A stretch of 61,470 nt of DNA, from NCBI GenBank assembly GCA_031369685.1, contig JANMPD010000239.1:1-61470 (forward strand). The letters are read 5' to 3'. Shown here piece by piece: positions 28,995 to 39,256 of the stretch. The notes under the pieces were generated by a model. That model made no database searches and had not been told where the DNA came from. It saw nothing but the letters and a program-made list of their open reading frames with translations. Origin of the DNA: Chloroflexota bacterium. Lineage in GTDB: Bacteria; Chloroflexota; Limnocylindria; Limnocylindrales; CSP1-4. A program made the translations under genes and the position numbers. Numbering within the stretch: position 1 is the stretch's first letter; each line of letters opens with the position of its first letter.

Positions 28995-31211
28995 ATGGGC
29001 CCAATGCACGCCATCGAGCCCGAGTACATCGCACCCGAGCCCACGCCCGTAGCGGCCATGGCATCCGGCACGATTCCCGCAGCGCGGAGCCAGACGGGCA
29101 AGCGCCGGCACCTGGACCGGGAGCTGGCCTGGCTCGACTTCAACGCGCGCGTCCTGTACGAGGCGGGTGATGCCCGTAACGCGCTCCTCGACCGCGTGCG
29201 ATTCCTGGCCATCTTTGCGAGCAACCTCGATGAGTTCTTCCAGGTCCGGGTGTCGGGGCTGCGCCAGCAGGTCCGGGCGGGCCTGTCGACCCTGTCCGCG
29301 GATGGCGGTCCGGCGAAGCAGCTCGATGCCGTCCGGGCCAGGGTTCTGGAGCTCGTGGCAGTTCACTCGGCCTCCTTCCGCGACCTTCGCCGCGAGCTCC
29401 GGTCGGCCGGAATCGAGCTCCTCGCCTACGAGGACGTCCCTGATGACCATGCCGCCCTCCGGGAGCGATTCCTGCGGGAGATCCACCCGGTCCTGACGCC
29501 GCTTGCGGTTGACCCGGGCCATCGCTTTCCCTACATCTCAACGCTGACCCTGTCTATAGCCGTCGGGCTGCGAGATCCGGCCACCGGAGCTCCGGGGTTC
29601 GCGCGGGTGAAGGTGCCGCCGAGCCTGCCCCGGCTCCTAGAACTGGATCCTGTTGCGGGCCAGCCCGTCGGACACCACCGGTTCGTCCTGCTCGATCAGG
29701 TCATCGAGGCCAACCTCGACCTCCTGTTCTCGGGCATGAACGTCGAAGAGCATCACCTCTTCCGCGTTACGCGCAACGCCGACCTCGCGCTCGAGGAGGA
29801 CGAGGCGGACGATCTGCTCCTGGCCATCGAGGAGGAGCTCCAGCGCCGACGGTTCGGTGAAGCCGTCCGGCTCGAGGTCGAGCGCACCATGCCGCCCGCG
29901 ATGCGGAGCGTCCTCCTCGCGGGAATCGGCGTGACCGAGGACCAGGTCTATGCGGTCAGCGGCATGCTCGACCTGACCGGCCTCGAGATCGTGGCCGATC
30001 TCAGTCGTCCGGATCTGCGCGGCGAGCCATGGGTGCCGGTCACGCCGGCCCGAGTCCAGACCGGTCTGGACGAGGATGGGCCCGACATGTTCGCGGTGAT
30101 CCGGGCCGGCGACATGCTCCTGCACCATCCGTATCAGAGCTTCACGACGACCGTCGAGCGCTTCGTGGAGCAGGCGGCCGACGATCCGGATGTCCTGGCC
30201 ATCAAGCTGACCCTGTACCGCACGTCAGGCGAATCCCCGATCGTGGAGCATCTGATCCGCGCTGCCGAACGGGGCAAGCAGATCGTGGTCCTGGTGGAGA
30301 TCAAGGCCCGGTTCGATGAGCGCGCCAACATCGCGTGGGCCCGCAAGCTCGAGCGAGCCGGCGCCCATGTCGTCTACGGGGTCGTCGGACTCAAGACGCA
30401 CTGCAAGACATTGCTCGTCATCCGGCGCGAAGGTTCGGCGCTCCGCCGATACGTTCATGTCGGGACCGGCAACTACAACTCGAAGACGGCCAGGCTGTAC
30501 ACGGACCTGGGAATCCTGACCGCGCGCCCGGACATCGGGCAGGACGTAACGGACCTGTTCAACATGCTCACCGGCCTCTCCCGGCAGCAGGCGTTTCGCC
30601 GCCTGATCGTCGCGCCGAGTTCGCTTCGTGAACGCTTCCTCGCCCTGGTCCGTCGGGAGATCGAGCACGCGGCGGCCGGGACCGCCGCGCACATCACGCT
30701 CAAGATGAATGCCCTGGTCGATCGCGAATGCATCGAGGCCCTCTACCAGGCGTCGGCGGCCGGAGTTGAGATCGACCTCATCATCCGCGGGGCGAGCACG
30801 CTCATTCCCGGCGTTCCCGGAATGTCCGACCGGATCCGCGTCCGATCGATCATCGGCGAGTTCCTCGAGCACTCCCGGATCTGGCGGTTCGAGCACGGCG
30901 GCGAGCGCGAGTGGTACATCGGATCGGGCGACCTCATGGAGCGCAACCTCGATCGACGAGTCGAGGCGTTCGCGCCCGTCCTGTCGCGCGACGCGCAGGT
31001 CGAGATCGACCTCATCCTGGAAACCATGCTCGCGGACGATCGCCGCGCGTGGCTCATGGGCACCGACGGGTCGTGGGAGCGTGTGGACCACGGTACCGAC
31101 CCGACCTCGGTCGATACGCACGGGGCCCTCAGGAAACATGCGATCGCGGCGTCCGCGGCGGGCTCGAGCGCGCTGCCACTCGACGCCGGCTCGCTCGAGC
31201 CATGGGCGTGA
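28995..31211 (+). CDS. ppk1: Polyphosphate kinase 1
   Basis: 'DRELAWLDFNARVLYEA' N-terminal signature plus two PLD-like HxK-type regions, 'GLKTHCKTLLVIRRE' and 'EFLEHSRIWRF'. The start is placed at ATG 28995; ATG 29058 is also possible. Confidence 0.9.
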   Translation: MGPMHAIEPEYIAPEPTPVAAMASGTIPAARSQTGKRRHLDRELAWLDFNARVLYEAGDARNALLDRVRFLAIFASNLDEFFQVRVSGLRQQVRAGLSTLSADGGPAKQLDAVRARVLELVAVHSASFRDLRRELRSAGIELLAYEDVPDDHAALRERFLREIHPVLTPLAVDPGHRFPYISTLTLSIAVGLRDPATGAPGFARVKVPPSLPRLLELDPVAGQPVGHHRFVLLDQVIEANLDLLFSGMNVEEHHLFRVTRNADLALEEDEADDLLLAIEEELQRRRFGEAVRLEVERTMPPAMRSVLLAGIGVTEDQVYAVSGMLDLTGLEIVADLSRPDLRGEPWVPVTPARVQTGLDEDGPDMFAVIRAGDMLLHHPYQSFTTTVERFVEQAADDPDVLAIKLTLYRTSGESPIVEHLIRAAERGKQIVVLVEIKARFDERANIAWARKLERAGAHVVYGVVGLKTHCKTLLVIRREGSALRRYVHVGTGNYNSKTARLYTDLGILTARPDIGQDVTDLFNMLTGLSRQQAFRRLIVAPSSLRERFLALVRREIEHAAAGTAAHITLKMNALVDRECIEALYQASAAGVEIDLIIRGASTLIPGVPGMSDRIRVRSIIGEFLEHSRIWRFEHGGEREWYIGSGDLMERNLDRRVEAFAPVLSRDAQVEIDLILETMLADDRRAWLMGTDGSWERVDHGTDPTSVDTHGALRKHAIAASAAGSSALPLDAGSLEPWA

Positions 31212-32815
31212 GCGTGGGCGTGAGCGTCCCGAGCGGGAGCATCGAAGTCGAGATCAAGTACGACGTCCTCGATCGAGTCGCAGCGCGGGCCATGGTCGCG
31301 CGGGATGAACTCGGGGGGCTTCGGGCCGCGGGGCCGGCAATCCGAATCCGTCTCGTCGACCGCTATCTCGATACGCCCGACGCACGGCTCCGCGCTGCCG
31401 GCTGGGCTGCCCGCGTGCGCACGGTCGGTGAGCTGTCCCGTATCGAATTGAAGGCCCTGAGGCCGGCCGACGAGGTCGGTGTTGCGCGCCGACAGGAATT
31501 CGAAGGCGATGCGGGCCCGGGCCTGTCTCCGGATGCCTGGCCGACATCGGCCGCCCGTCGGCGGCTGATCCAGCTCACCCGCGGCGAGCCGCTCGTGGAG
31601 GTCCTGGTCCTCCGCCAGGATCGAGTCGCACGCGATTTCGGTGATTCATCGGGCGTCCTCGAGCTGAGCCTGGATCGCGTCGAGGTCCTCGTGGCCGATC
31701 GGCCCGTCGGTCGCCGCCTCGTCCTCGAGGTCGAGCAGAGGAGCGCCACGGATGCCGCATTCACCAGCGCAATCGCCCACCTCGATGGGTTGGGCCATCT
31801 GTCGCCGGCACGTTCGACGAAGTTGGGCTGGGGCATGGACGTCGCACGGCGCCGAACGGCCGAGGACGGACTGCCCGTGCTGGACGCTGTCGATCCGGCC
31901 TTTCGTATCGACGACCCGACCGCGGAAGTCGGGCGCGTGATCCTGGCAACGCAGCTCCGGACGATGATTGACCGGGAGCGCATCGCCCATGAGGCCGTGG
32001 GCCCGGAGGAGATCCGCAAGCTGCGTGTGGCAACACGCAGGGCCCGAGCCACGCTGCGGGCATTCGAGGGTTCGTACGTCGGACTGCGGCCGGATCGCCT
32101 GCGTCGCGGGCTCCGGCGCTTTGCGCGGCTGCTCAACGATGTTCGCAACCTCGATGTCCTCATCGGCCACCTCGGCGCCTACGCTGACGAGGTCGACGCC
32201 GCGGATCGACCGGCAATCGAAGGACTCCGGGGCTCGCTCGAAGCTCAGCGCGGCCGGGCACTGGCGGCGCTGGTCGCCGACTTCGCGAGCGATCGTCACC
32301 GCCGTCTGATCGGGACGTTTGCCGACTTCGTCCAGAGCCCGGGCGGCGACGTTGCCCCGGTTGTGCCCCCGGGCCCCCGGCGCCTGTCCGACGAACTCGG
32401 CGGCTGGATCTGGTCGAGATTCGAGGGGCTGGTCGGGTGGCGGCCGATCCTGGAAACCGCCGATCTGGACACGCTCCACGAACTGCGGCTGCAGGTCAAG
32501 CGCCTGCGTGACCTGCTGCAGGTCGTCGGTCCGGTCACCGGCCCGGCGACCGCGGCGATTGCCGAAACGCTGGTCGGCCTCCAGGACGCGCTCGGGGCGA
32601 TGAATGACGCGGCCGTGGCGTCGGCCTGGCTGCGCGCGTACCTGGCCTCCCCGCCGACAACGGTGGAGCCCGCCGAGGCCGCAGCGATCGAACGATTCGC
32701 ATTGACCCTCGAGGAACGGATCGCGTTGGCACGGGCCCGCGTGCCTGCGGCGTGGCGGCGTGTCACCGGACCCGATGGGCGACGTCGCATCGCGCGGCTG
32801 ATCGGCGGAATCTGA
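31202..32815 (+). CDS. CYTH (triphosphate tunnel metalloenzyme) plus CHAD domain protein
   Basis: ExExK motif 'IEVEIKYDV' near the N-terminus. CHAD helices 'IRKLRVATRRARATLRAF' and 'LHELRLQVKRLRDLLQV'. The ATG at 31202 overlaps the ppk1 3' end by 10 nt. Confidence 0.8.
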   Translation: MGVSVGVSVPSGSIEVEIKYDVLDRVAARAMVARDELGGLRAAGPAIRIRLVDRYLDTPDARLRAAGWAARVRTVGELSRIELKALRPADEVGVARRQEFEGDAGPGLSPDAWPTSAARRRLIQLTRGEPLVEVLVLRQDRVARDFGDSSGVLELSLDRVEVLVADRPVGRRLVLEVEQRSATDAAFTSAIAHLDGLGHLSPARSTKLGWGMDVARRRTAEDGLPVLDAVDPAFRIDDPTAEVGRVILATQLRTMIDRERIAHEAVGPEEIRKLRVATRRARATLRAFEGSYVGLRPDRLRRGLRRFARLLNDVRNLDVLIGHLGAYADEVDAADRPAIEGLRGSLEAQRGRALAALVADFASDRHRRLIGTFADFVQSPGGDVAPVVPPGPRRLSDELGGWIWSRFEGLVGWRPILETADLDTLHELRLQVKRLRDLLQVVGPVTGPATAAIAETLVGLQDALGAMNDAAVASAWLRAYLASPPTTVEPAEAAAIERFALTLEERIALARARVPAAWRRVTGPDGRRRIARLIGGI

Positions 32816-32863
32816 CCCCGCGCTCCCGTCGAGTTGACGCACGGGATCAGCAGGGCGTTCCGG

Positions 32864-33832
32864 TCAGCGCGACCATCCGTGGGCCAACCAGGCCAGATCG
32901 GTCCGCCAGCCGGGACCGGCATGCACCGAAGCGAGCATCAGCCCCTCCCGGAGTCCGTGCTCCGAGACCCGCAGGTGATCGCGTCCGTAGCGCTCCGCGA
33001 CGGCCAGGAGGATCGCAGCCCCACCCGGCAGGACCCGGGCACGCGACAGCTTCACCCCAAACCTGGAGGCGATCTCCTCCGGCGTCCTGTCCACGAGGAG
33101 GGCGAGCGTTTCCCGGATTCTTCGGGTGAACAGGACGCGGCGCACCAGGGGAGGACCGATTCGGAGCAGGTTCGACGCCGTTCCCCCGACCGCGACCAGG
33201 TCGACGGGCAGGCCATCGGGCGCCGCCGCGAGGACGAAACGTGCCGTGGCGAGCATCGCGTCCATCTCGCGCGCCGTCGGCGCTGCACCTGCGATGTTCG
33301 CCTGGCTCAGACGCGCGGCACCGAGCGCCAGGCCTTCGATCACCGCATCGCCCGTCGGTCCGATCACCAGGATCTCGCTGCTGCCGCCTCCGACATCGAC
33401 GAGAACGGTCTCTCGGCGGATGGGCTTTCCCGCGTGGACCCCGAGGAGCGCGAGCAATGCCTCTTCGTCGGGTCGGAGAATCTGGATCTCAACGCCGATC
33501 CGGCGGCCGATCGCCGCGACCACGGCGGGGCCGTCGGCGGCCCGTCGCAGCGGATCCGTGGCGACGATCGCCAGGGTCGACGCTCCGTGGCGCCGGGCCA
33601 GCGCGTCATAGCCCTCGAGGGCGCCGGCCAGTTCCAGGGCCGCCTCCGCGCCCAGTCCGCCCCACGCGTCGACCGTGGCGCCGAGTCCCAGTGCGACCGA
33701 TTCGTCGACGATCGGGACGAGGCTATGGCCGTGGACCTCGGCCACGAGGAGATGCACGGAGTACGCCCCGATATCGATGGCGGCACCGACCGGCGTGGAC
33801 CGGGGGTGCGCGGTCAATCGAATTGTGGGCAC
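32864..33832 (-). CDS. Ppx/GppA-family phosphatase (exopolyphosphatase-like)
   Basis: ASKHA phosphate motifs 'AAIDIGAYSVHLLVAEV' and 'LVDVGGGSSEILV'. The GTG start at 33832 is preferred because the longer ORF adds an Arg/Pro-rich N-terminus that runs into the promoter repeats. Confidence 0.8.
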   Translation of the reverse strand: MPTIRLTAHPRSTPVGAAIDIGAYSVHLLVAEVHGHSLVPIVDESVALGLGATVDAWGGLGAEAALELAGALEGYDALARRHGASTLAIVATDPLRRAADGPAVVAAIGRRIGVEIQILRPDEEALLALLGVHAGKPIRRETVLVDVGGGSSEILVIGPTGDAVIEGLALGAARLSQANIAGAAPTAREMDAMLATARFVLAAAPDGLPVDLVAVGGTASNLLRIGPPLVRRVLFTRRIRETLALLVDRTPEEIASRFGVKLSRARVLPGGAAILLAVAERYGRDHLRVSEHGLREGLMLASVHAGPGWRTDLAWLAHGWSR

Positions 33833-33929
33833 GAGCGGAGTGTGGCACGCAAAGCCGGCGTGCGCGGGCGCCCGGACCCACCTCTGCGGACGCGTCGGGG
33901 GGGGTGAGCGGGTCCGCGCCGGAAGCACC

Positions 33930-33973
33930 GTTGACACCGTGTTAACGCGGTACCGACCGATGGTTGACCACAG
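33930..33973 (+). promoter_or_regulatory. PHO-box-like array: 11-nt phased direct repeats upstream of pstS
   Basis: The units are GTTGACaccgt / GTTAACgcggt / accgaccgatg / GTTGACcacag, starting at 33930, 33941, 33952 and 33963. The array ends 84 nt before the pstS start. This matches the 11-bp periodic direct-repeat logic of PhoP/RegX3-type boxes. Confidence 0.5.
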
Positions 33974-34056
33974 GCGGCAAGCCTGTGGATGTCAACGTCG
34001 GCAAGGACTGCCGCAGCCGCAACTGCGCGGCTCCCATGGCATGGAGGAATTACTGA

Positions 34057-35214
34057 GTGACGATCGATCGACCGCTTCGCGTCGGCGGCCTGACCCTCGC
34101 GACGGCCATCGTGCTCGCGGCCTGTGGCGGCGGAGCCAGCACCGCTCCGACCATCGCACCGACAACCGCGCCCGGCGCAACCGCCGAGGAGTCGACGGGC
34201 CCGACCTCGCCCGAGCCGCCGACCGGGGACGTCGTGCTCCAGGGCGCCGGGGCCACGTTCCCCAATCCGCTCTACCAGGTCTGGTTCGAGGCCTTCAACT
34301 ACCAGTACAACAACATCCAGATCGACTATCAGTCAATCGGATCGGGCGGCGGCATCAAGGCCATAACGGAGGGTACGGTCGACTTCGGAGCGTCGGACGC
34401 CCCGATGAAGGATGCCGAGATCGCGGCCCTGCCGGCGGGCTCGGCGATGCTGCACATCCCGACGGCCCTTGGCGCCGTTGTCGTCATCTTCAACCTCGGC
34501 GACCTCAAGGACCTGAACCTCGACAGCGACAACGTCGCCAACATCTTCCTCGGCAAGATCACCAAGTGGAACGATCCGGCGATCGCTGCCAACAATCCTG
34601 GCGTCGCACTTCCCGACCAGGCGATCCGTGTCGTTCATCGATCCGATGGATCCGGAACGACCAACGCGTTCACCACCTACCTCGACACGGTGAGCGGCGA
34701 GTGGCACGACAGCGTGGGCAAGGGCAAGGAGGTCAACTGGCCCGTGGGAATCGGGGCCCCCGGCAACGACGGCGTCGCCGGCGGAGTCAAGGGTGACGCG
34801 AACCTCGGCGCGGTCGGCTATGTCGAGCTCAACTACGCGACCACGGCCGGGCTCACGAGCGCCAGGCTCAAGAATGTAGCCGGCAAGTTCGTCGCCGGCT
34901 CGACCGACGGCGTGACCGCCGCGGCCGAAGGCGCCGCAGCGGACTTCCCGGCGGACTTCCGGCAGGCCCCGATCATCAACGGCGCCGGCGACGGCACGTA
35001 CCCGATCGCCTCCTACACGTACCTCCTCGTGTACAAGGAGCAGACGGATGCGATCAAGGGCCAGACCCTGGTGGCGTTCCTGTACTGGGCCCTGACCGAT
35101 GGGCAGGCGACGGAGGGTGGCCTGGGCTACGCACCGCTTCCAGCGCCGATCAGGGAGAAGGCGCTCTCCGAACTCCATGCGATCACCGCGGGAGGGTCCC
35201 CGATCTGGCCGTAG
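34057..35214 (+). CDS. pstS: Phosphate ABC transporter substrate-binding lipoprotein
   Basis: GTG start 8 nt after GGAGGA. Lipobox 'AIVLAACGG'. PstS motif 'GAGATFPNPLYQVWF'. Confidence 0.9.
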   Translation: MTIDRPLRVGGLTLATAIVLAACGGGASTAPTIAPTTAPGATAEESTGPTSPEPPTGDVVLQGAGATFPNPLYQVWFEAFNYQYNNIQIDYQSIGSGGGIKAITEGTVDFGASDAPMKDAEIAALPAGSAMLHIPTALGAVVVIFNLGDLKDLNLDSDNVANIFLGKITKWNDPAIAANNPGVALPDQAIRVVHRSDGSGTTNAFTTYLDTVSGEWHDSVGKGKEVNWPVGIGAPGNDGVAGGVKGDANLGAVGYVELNYATTAGLTSARLKNVAGKFVAGSTDGVTAAAEGAAADFPADFRQAPIINGAGDGTYPIASYTYLLVYKEQTDAIKGQTLVAFLYWALTDGQATEGGLGYAPLPAPIREKALSELHAITAGGSPIWP

Positions 35215-35305
35215 CGCTCCACCAGGACGTGACGAAGGGCCTCGGATCCACCCCGGGGCCTTTCGCCGCAACCGTTCGCGAAACGCACAGCACATTGGAT
35301 GATTG

Positions 35306-36265
35306 ATGGCGACCACCACACCTCCGACATTCCGCGGCACCAGTCGGGCGGCGAACCTGCCTGACCGGATCTTCCGAAACGGAACGCGCGCGCTCGGCTG
35401 GGCGGTCGTCGGAATCCTCGTGCTCATCGGGATCGTGCTCTCCGTCAGCGGGTCCCAGGCGTTCGCGACGTTCGGTCCCGGCTTCATCACCGGAACGACG
35501 TGGGATCCCGTCAAGGACGTGTACGGGGCGTTGCCCTACATCGTCGGCACGCTGGCGGCGGCAACCATCGCGATTGTCCTGGCGATGCCACTCGGCGTCC
35601 TCACTGCCGTCTATCTCGCTGAGCTGGCCCCGCGGCGGGTCGCCATCCCGTTGACCTTCATGATCGAGCTCCTGGCCGCGATCCCGAGTGTCGTGTTCGG
35701 CCTGTGGGGTGTCTTCGTCCTGTCGCCACTTCTGCGCTCGACGGTTGAAGCCTGGTTTGTCGAGAACCTTGGCTGGATTCCCATCTTCGCCGGGCCCTCG
35801 TTCGGCGTTGGGCTGTTCGCCGCAGGCGTGATCCTCGCGATCATGATCCTGCCCACGATCGTGTCGATCTCGCGAGAGGTCATCAGCTCAATTCCGGGGA
35901 GTCACCGTGAGGCCATGTTTGCCCTCGGAGCCACGCGCTGGGAAGTCGTCACGAAGGCCGTCCTGCCCGCGGCTCGGTCCGGAATCGTCGGCGCGGTCAT
36001 CCTTGGCTTCGGCCGAGCGCTGGGCGAAACAATGGCCGTGACCATGGTCATCGGCAACGCCCAGAGCATTCCCACCAGCATATTCGGCCAGTCCCAGACC
36101 ATTGCGTCGAAGATCGCGACGACGTTCAGTGAGGCGTCGGTCGGGATCCAGACGTCCAGCCTGATCGCCCTTGGTCTGATCCTGTTGGTCATCACGCTCG
36201 CGCTCAATGTCATCGCTCGCACACTCGTCGCCCAGGCTGCCGGCGGCGCGGTCGGAGCCGATTGA
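35306..36265 (+). CDS. pstC: Phosphate ABC transporter permease
   Basis: Polytopic membrane protein with 'REAMFALGATRWEVV' (EAA-type loop). It follows pstS. Confidence 0.9.
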   Translation: MATTTPPTFRGTSRAANLPDRIFRNGTRALGWAVVGILVLIGIVLSVSGSQAFATFGPGFITGTTWDPVKDVYGALPYIVGTLAAATIAIVLAMPLGVLTAVYLAELAPRRVAIPLTFMIELLAAIPSVVFGLWGVFVLSPLLRSTVEAWFVENLGWIPIFAGPSFGVGLFAAGVILAIMILPTIVSISREVISSIPGSHREAMFALGATRWEVVTKAVLPAARSGIVGAVILGFGRALGETMAVTMVIGNAQSIPTSIFGQSQTIASKIATTFSEASVGIQTSSLIALGLILLVITLALNVIARTLVAQAAGGAVGAD

Positions 36266-37155
36266 TGGCCGGAGCCGTGTCCACGAAACCGGGTCTCGCG
36301 CGACTCCAACGCACCAACGTCGGTCGACGTCGACGATGGGTCGATATCGGCATGCGCTCGCTGTCCCTCGGCATGGCGATCCTGTGCGTCGTCCCCCTCG
36401 CCGCCGTGCTCCTGTTCGTGACGATCAACGGCGCCGCTGCCCTGAACCTGGATCTGATCACGAAGCCATCGCGCGCCCTCGGAAACGGCGGCGGCGCCCT
36501 CAGCGCCATCCTCGGAACGTTCCAGATGGTCCCCCTCGCCGCACTCCTGGCCATCCCGACCGGTGTGGCCGGCGGTGTCTACGTAGCCGAGTTCGCCGGC
36601 CGTCGGAGCGCGCGCCTGGTTCGATTCGCGGCCGACGTCATGGTCGGCGTCCCGTCCATCCTGATCGGCATCTTCGTGTTCACATTTCTTGTCCTGCCGT
36701 TCAAGCAGTACAACGCCTTCGCCGGGAGCGTGGCCCTCGCCCTGATCATGATCCCGGTCATCCTGCGGACCACCGAGGAGATCCTCCACCTCGTTCCCGG
36801 GAGCCTGCGAGAGGCCTCCCTGGCCCTTGGGATCCCGATCTGGCGGACGGTCTGGAGTGTGGTCATCCGGACGGGTCTCGGAGGCATCCTGACCGGCGTC
36901 ATGCTCGCGTTCGCGAGGGCCATGGGCGAGACCGCACCCCTGCTGTTCACGGCCCTGGGCAGCCGACTCGTCAATGTCGGCGACTTCGGAAAGCCGATGG
37001 ATTCGCTGCCCGTGTTCATCTACGTCAACGCCCGGCAACCGTACGAATTGCTCAACCAGCAGGCGTGGGGCGCGGCATTCCTGCTCCTCCTCATCGTTCT
37101 CGTCATCAACGTCGCCGTTCGCGCCCGAACGTGGGGCAAGCACATTGGCACCTGA
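36265..37155 (+). CDS. pstA: Phosphate ABC transporter permease
   Basis: The ATG overlaps the pstC stop (TGATG). EAA-type loop '[19 protein letters not shown]'. Confidence 0.9.
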   Translation: MAGAVSTKPGLARLQRTNVGRRRRWVDIGMRSLSLGMAILCVVPLAAVLLFVTINGAAALNLDLITKPSRALGNGGGALSAILGTFQMVPLAALLAIPTGVAGGVYVAEFAGRRSARLVRFAADVMVGVPSILIGIFVFTFLVLPFKQYNAFAGSVALALIMIPVILRTTEEILHLVPGSLREASLALGIPIWRTVWSVVIRTGLGGILTGVMLAFARAMGETAPLLFTALGSRLVNVGDFGKPMDSLPVFIYVNARQPYELLNQQAWGAAFLLLLIVLVINVAVRARTWGKHIGT

Positions 37156-37165
37156 GGATTCCTCG

Positions 37166-38035
37166 ATGATCGAAACCGCCCCGAATCCCGTCGAATGGGC
37201 GCCCGTCATGGAGCCGCCGACCACCTTGAAGGCCGCACCACCTCACCCGGACGCGGGCCTCTTCACGGCCAGCCTCGAGGTCCGGGACCTGAACGCCTAC
37301 TACGGTGCATTCAGAGCCGTGAGGGACGTGACGCTGCGCATTCCCGATCGCGCGGTCACCGCAATCATCGGGCCGTCGGGGTGCGGCAAGAGCACGTTCC
37401 TCCGATCCCTGAACCGGATGCATGAGCTGACGCCGAACGCCAGGGTCGAGGGCAGCGTCGAACTGGTCGGTGTCGACGTCTATGACCGCGCCGTTGATCC
37501 CGTTCAGCTCCGGCGTGTCGTCGGGATGGTTTTCCAGCGGCCCAACCCGTTCCCGACGATGTCGATCTTCGACAACGTGGCGGCGGGACTGCGCCTGACC
37601 GGGCGGAGATCACGGCATGAGCTGGACGAGATCGTCGAACGATCGCTCCAGCGTGCGGCCCTCTGGGATGAGGTCAAGGACAAGCTCAAGTCCAACGGCA
37701 CGAGCCTGTCCGGCGGGCAGCAGCAACGGCTGTGCATCGCCCGAGCACTGGCCGTCGACCCCCAGGTGATCCTGATGGACGAGCCGGCGTCCGCCCTCGA
37801 CCCGATCGCGACACTTCGGATCGAGGAGCTCATCGCCGAGCTCAGAGCCAACTACACAATCGTGATCGTGACCCACAATATGCAACAGGCGTCGCGGATC
37901 AGCGACCGGACGGCATTCTTCACTATGGGCGAGGATCGAGCCGGTTATCTCGTTGAGTACGACGACACGGTCAAGGTGTTCACCAATCCCACCCACCAGC
38001 TCACGGAGGACTACGTGTCCGGACGGTTCGGCTGA
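37166..38035 (+). CDS. pstB: Phosphate ABC transporter ATP-binding protein
   Basis: 'GPSGCGKST', 'LSGGQQQRL' and '[11 protein letters not shown]'. The start is at 'MIETAPNP' (ATG 37166). Confidence 0.95.
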   Translation: MIETAPNPVEWAPVMEPPTTLKAAPPHPDAGLFTASLEVRDLNAYYGAFRAVRDVTLRIPDRAVTAIIGPSGCGKSTFLRSLNRMHELTPNARVEGSVELVGVDVYDRAVDPVQLRRVVGMVFQRPNPFPTMSIFDNVAAGLRLTGRRSRHELDEIVERSLQRAALWDEVKDKLKSNGTSLSGGQQQRLCIARALAVDPQVILMDEPASALDPIATLRIEELIAELRANYTIVIVTHNMQQASRISDRTAFFTMGEDRAGYLVEYDDTVKVFTNPTHQLTEDYVSGRFG

Positions 38036-38745
38036 TGGATCCCTCCAGCGGCATCGGCAACCCTGCCCATCAGGATGCGCATGCCACTCGATCGCGTCTC
38101 GCGCTGGACCGCGAGGAGCGGCTGGTCAAGGACGGCATCCTGCGCATGGGATCGCTCGTCGAGGCGCAGATTCGCGGCGGCGTCACGAGCCTCGTCGAGC
38201 GCGATCTCGGTGGGGCCGAGGTGATCATCGCGGGTGATGCGGCGGTGAACGACGCCCAGCGCGAGGTCACCGACACGATCGCCTCGACGATCGCCACCCA
38301 GTCGCCGGTCGCGCGCGACCTGCGGTTCCTCCTCGCGCTCAACCACGTGTCGTTCGAGCTTGAGCGGATGGGTGATCACGCGTCGAGCATCGCCAAGCAG
38401 ACGCGATGGCTGGTCGGCACGCCGACACCCCTGGTCGGATCCGGGATCGCAGCAATGGGCCATGTCGCGGCGGATCTCGTCGCCGGGATCCTGCAGGCGC
38501 TTGTTGACCTCGACGATGCGCTCGCTCGCGAAGTCGCGGCGCGCGATGATGAGATCGATCACGGCTATCGAACGATGTTCGCCGAGGTGATCGAGGCGAT
38601 GCGCCGGGACCAGGGCTTGATCGAAGGTGGCACGCGCCTCATCCTTGCCGGGCACTGGATCGAGCGGATCGGCGACCGGGTCACCAATATCGCCGAGGAC
38701 ATCGTGTATCTCTCGACCGGTCAGGTGGAGGACCTGAATCAATGA
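38035..38745 (+). CDS. phoU: Phosphate signalling complex protein PhoU
   Basis: The ATG overlaps the pstB stop. Two PhoU repeats carry 'ERMGDHASSIAK' and 'ERIGDRVTNIAE'. Confidence 0.9.
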   Translation: MDPSSGIGNPAHQDAHATRSRLALDREERLVKDGILRMGSLVEAQIRGGVTSLVERDLGGAEVIIAGDAAVNDAQREVTDTIASTIATQSPVARDLRFLLALNHVSFELERMGDHASSIAKQTRWLVGTPTPLVGSGIAAMGHVAADLVAGILQALVDLDDALAREVAARDDEIDHGYRTMFAEVIEAMRRDQGLIEGGTRLILAGHWIERIGDRVTNIAEDIVYLSTGQVEDLNQ

Positions 38746-38776
38746 ACCCACCTCCGCACACATCGGGCGCGCGTCG

Positions 38777-39256
38777 GTGACCGACCTGCTGTTCGTGCGC
38801 CACGCGCACGCCGGGAATGCCCTGGGCTGGGACGGTCCCGACGACCTGCGACCGCTGACGACCAAGGGCCTTCGACAGGCCACGCGGCTCGGCGGCCTGC
38901 TGGCGGCGGCCGACGTCCACCCCGATGTCCTCCTCTCCTCGGCCAGACTCCGCGCCGTCCAGACGGCCGAAGTCATCAGCGCGGCGCTCGGTTGCCCGGT
39001 CCAGTTGGACGCGCGGCTTGCTGAAGGGTTGTCGCTGGACAACCTCCGCCTGATCATCGAGGAGGCGGTCGGCGCGGGACAACTCATGCTTGTCGGCCAT
39101 GATCCCGACTTCAGCGACCTGGTCTCCGAATTGATCGGTGCTCCGATCGCCGTCCGGAAGGGCGCCCTGGTTCGGGTCGAGGTCGACGCCGCCAACCTGG
39201 CCCCAGGAGCGGGCACCCTGCGCTGGCTGATCCCCCCGGAGGCGCTCGGGCGATGA
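38777..39256 (+). CDS. sixA: SixA-type phosphohistidine phosphatase (histidine phosphatase superfamily)
   Basis: GTG start. Catalytic 'LLFVRHAHAG', 'SSARLRAVQTA' and 'LVGHDPDFSDL'. Confidence 0.75.
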   Translation: MTDLLFVRHAHAGNALGWDGPDDLRPLTTKGLRQATRLGGLLAAADVHPDVLLSSARLRAVQTAEVISAALGCPVQLDARLAEGLSLDNLRLIIEEAVGAGQLMLVGHDPDFSDLVSELIGAPIAVRKGALVRVEVDAANLAPGAGTLRWLIPPEALGR

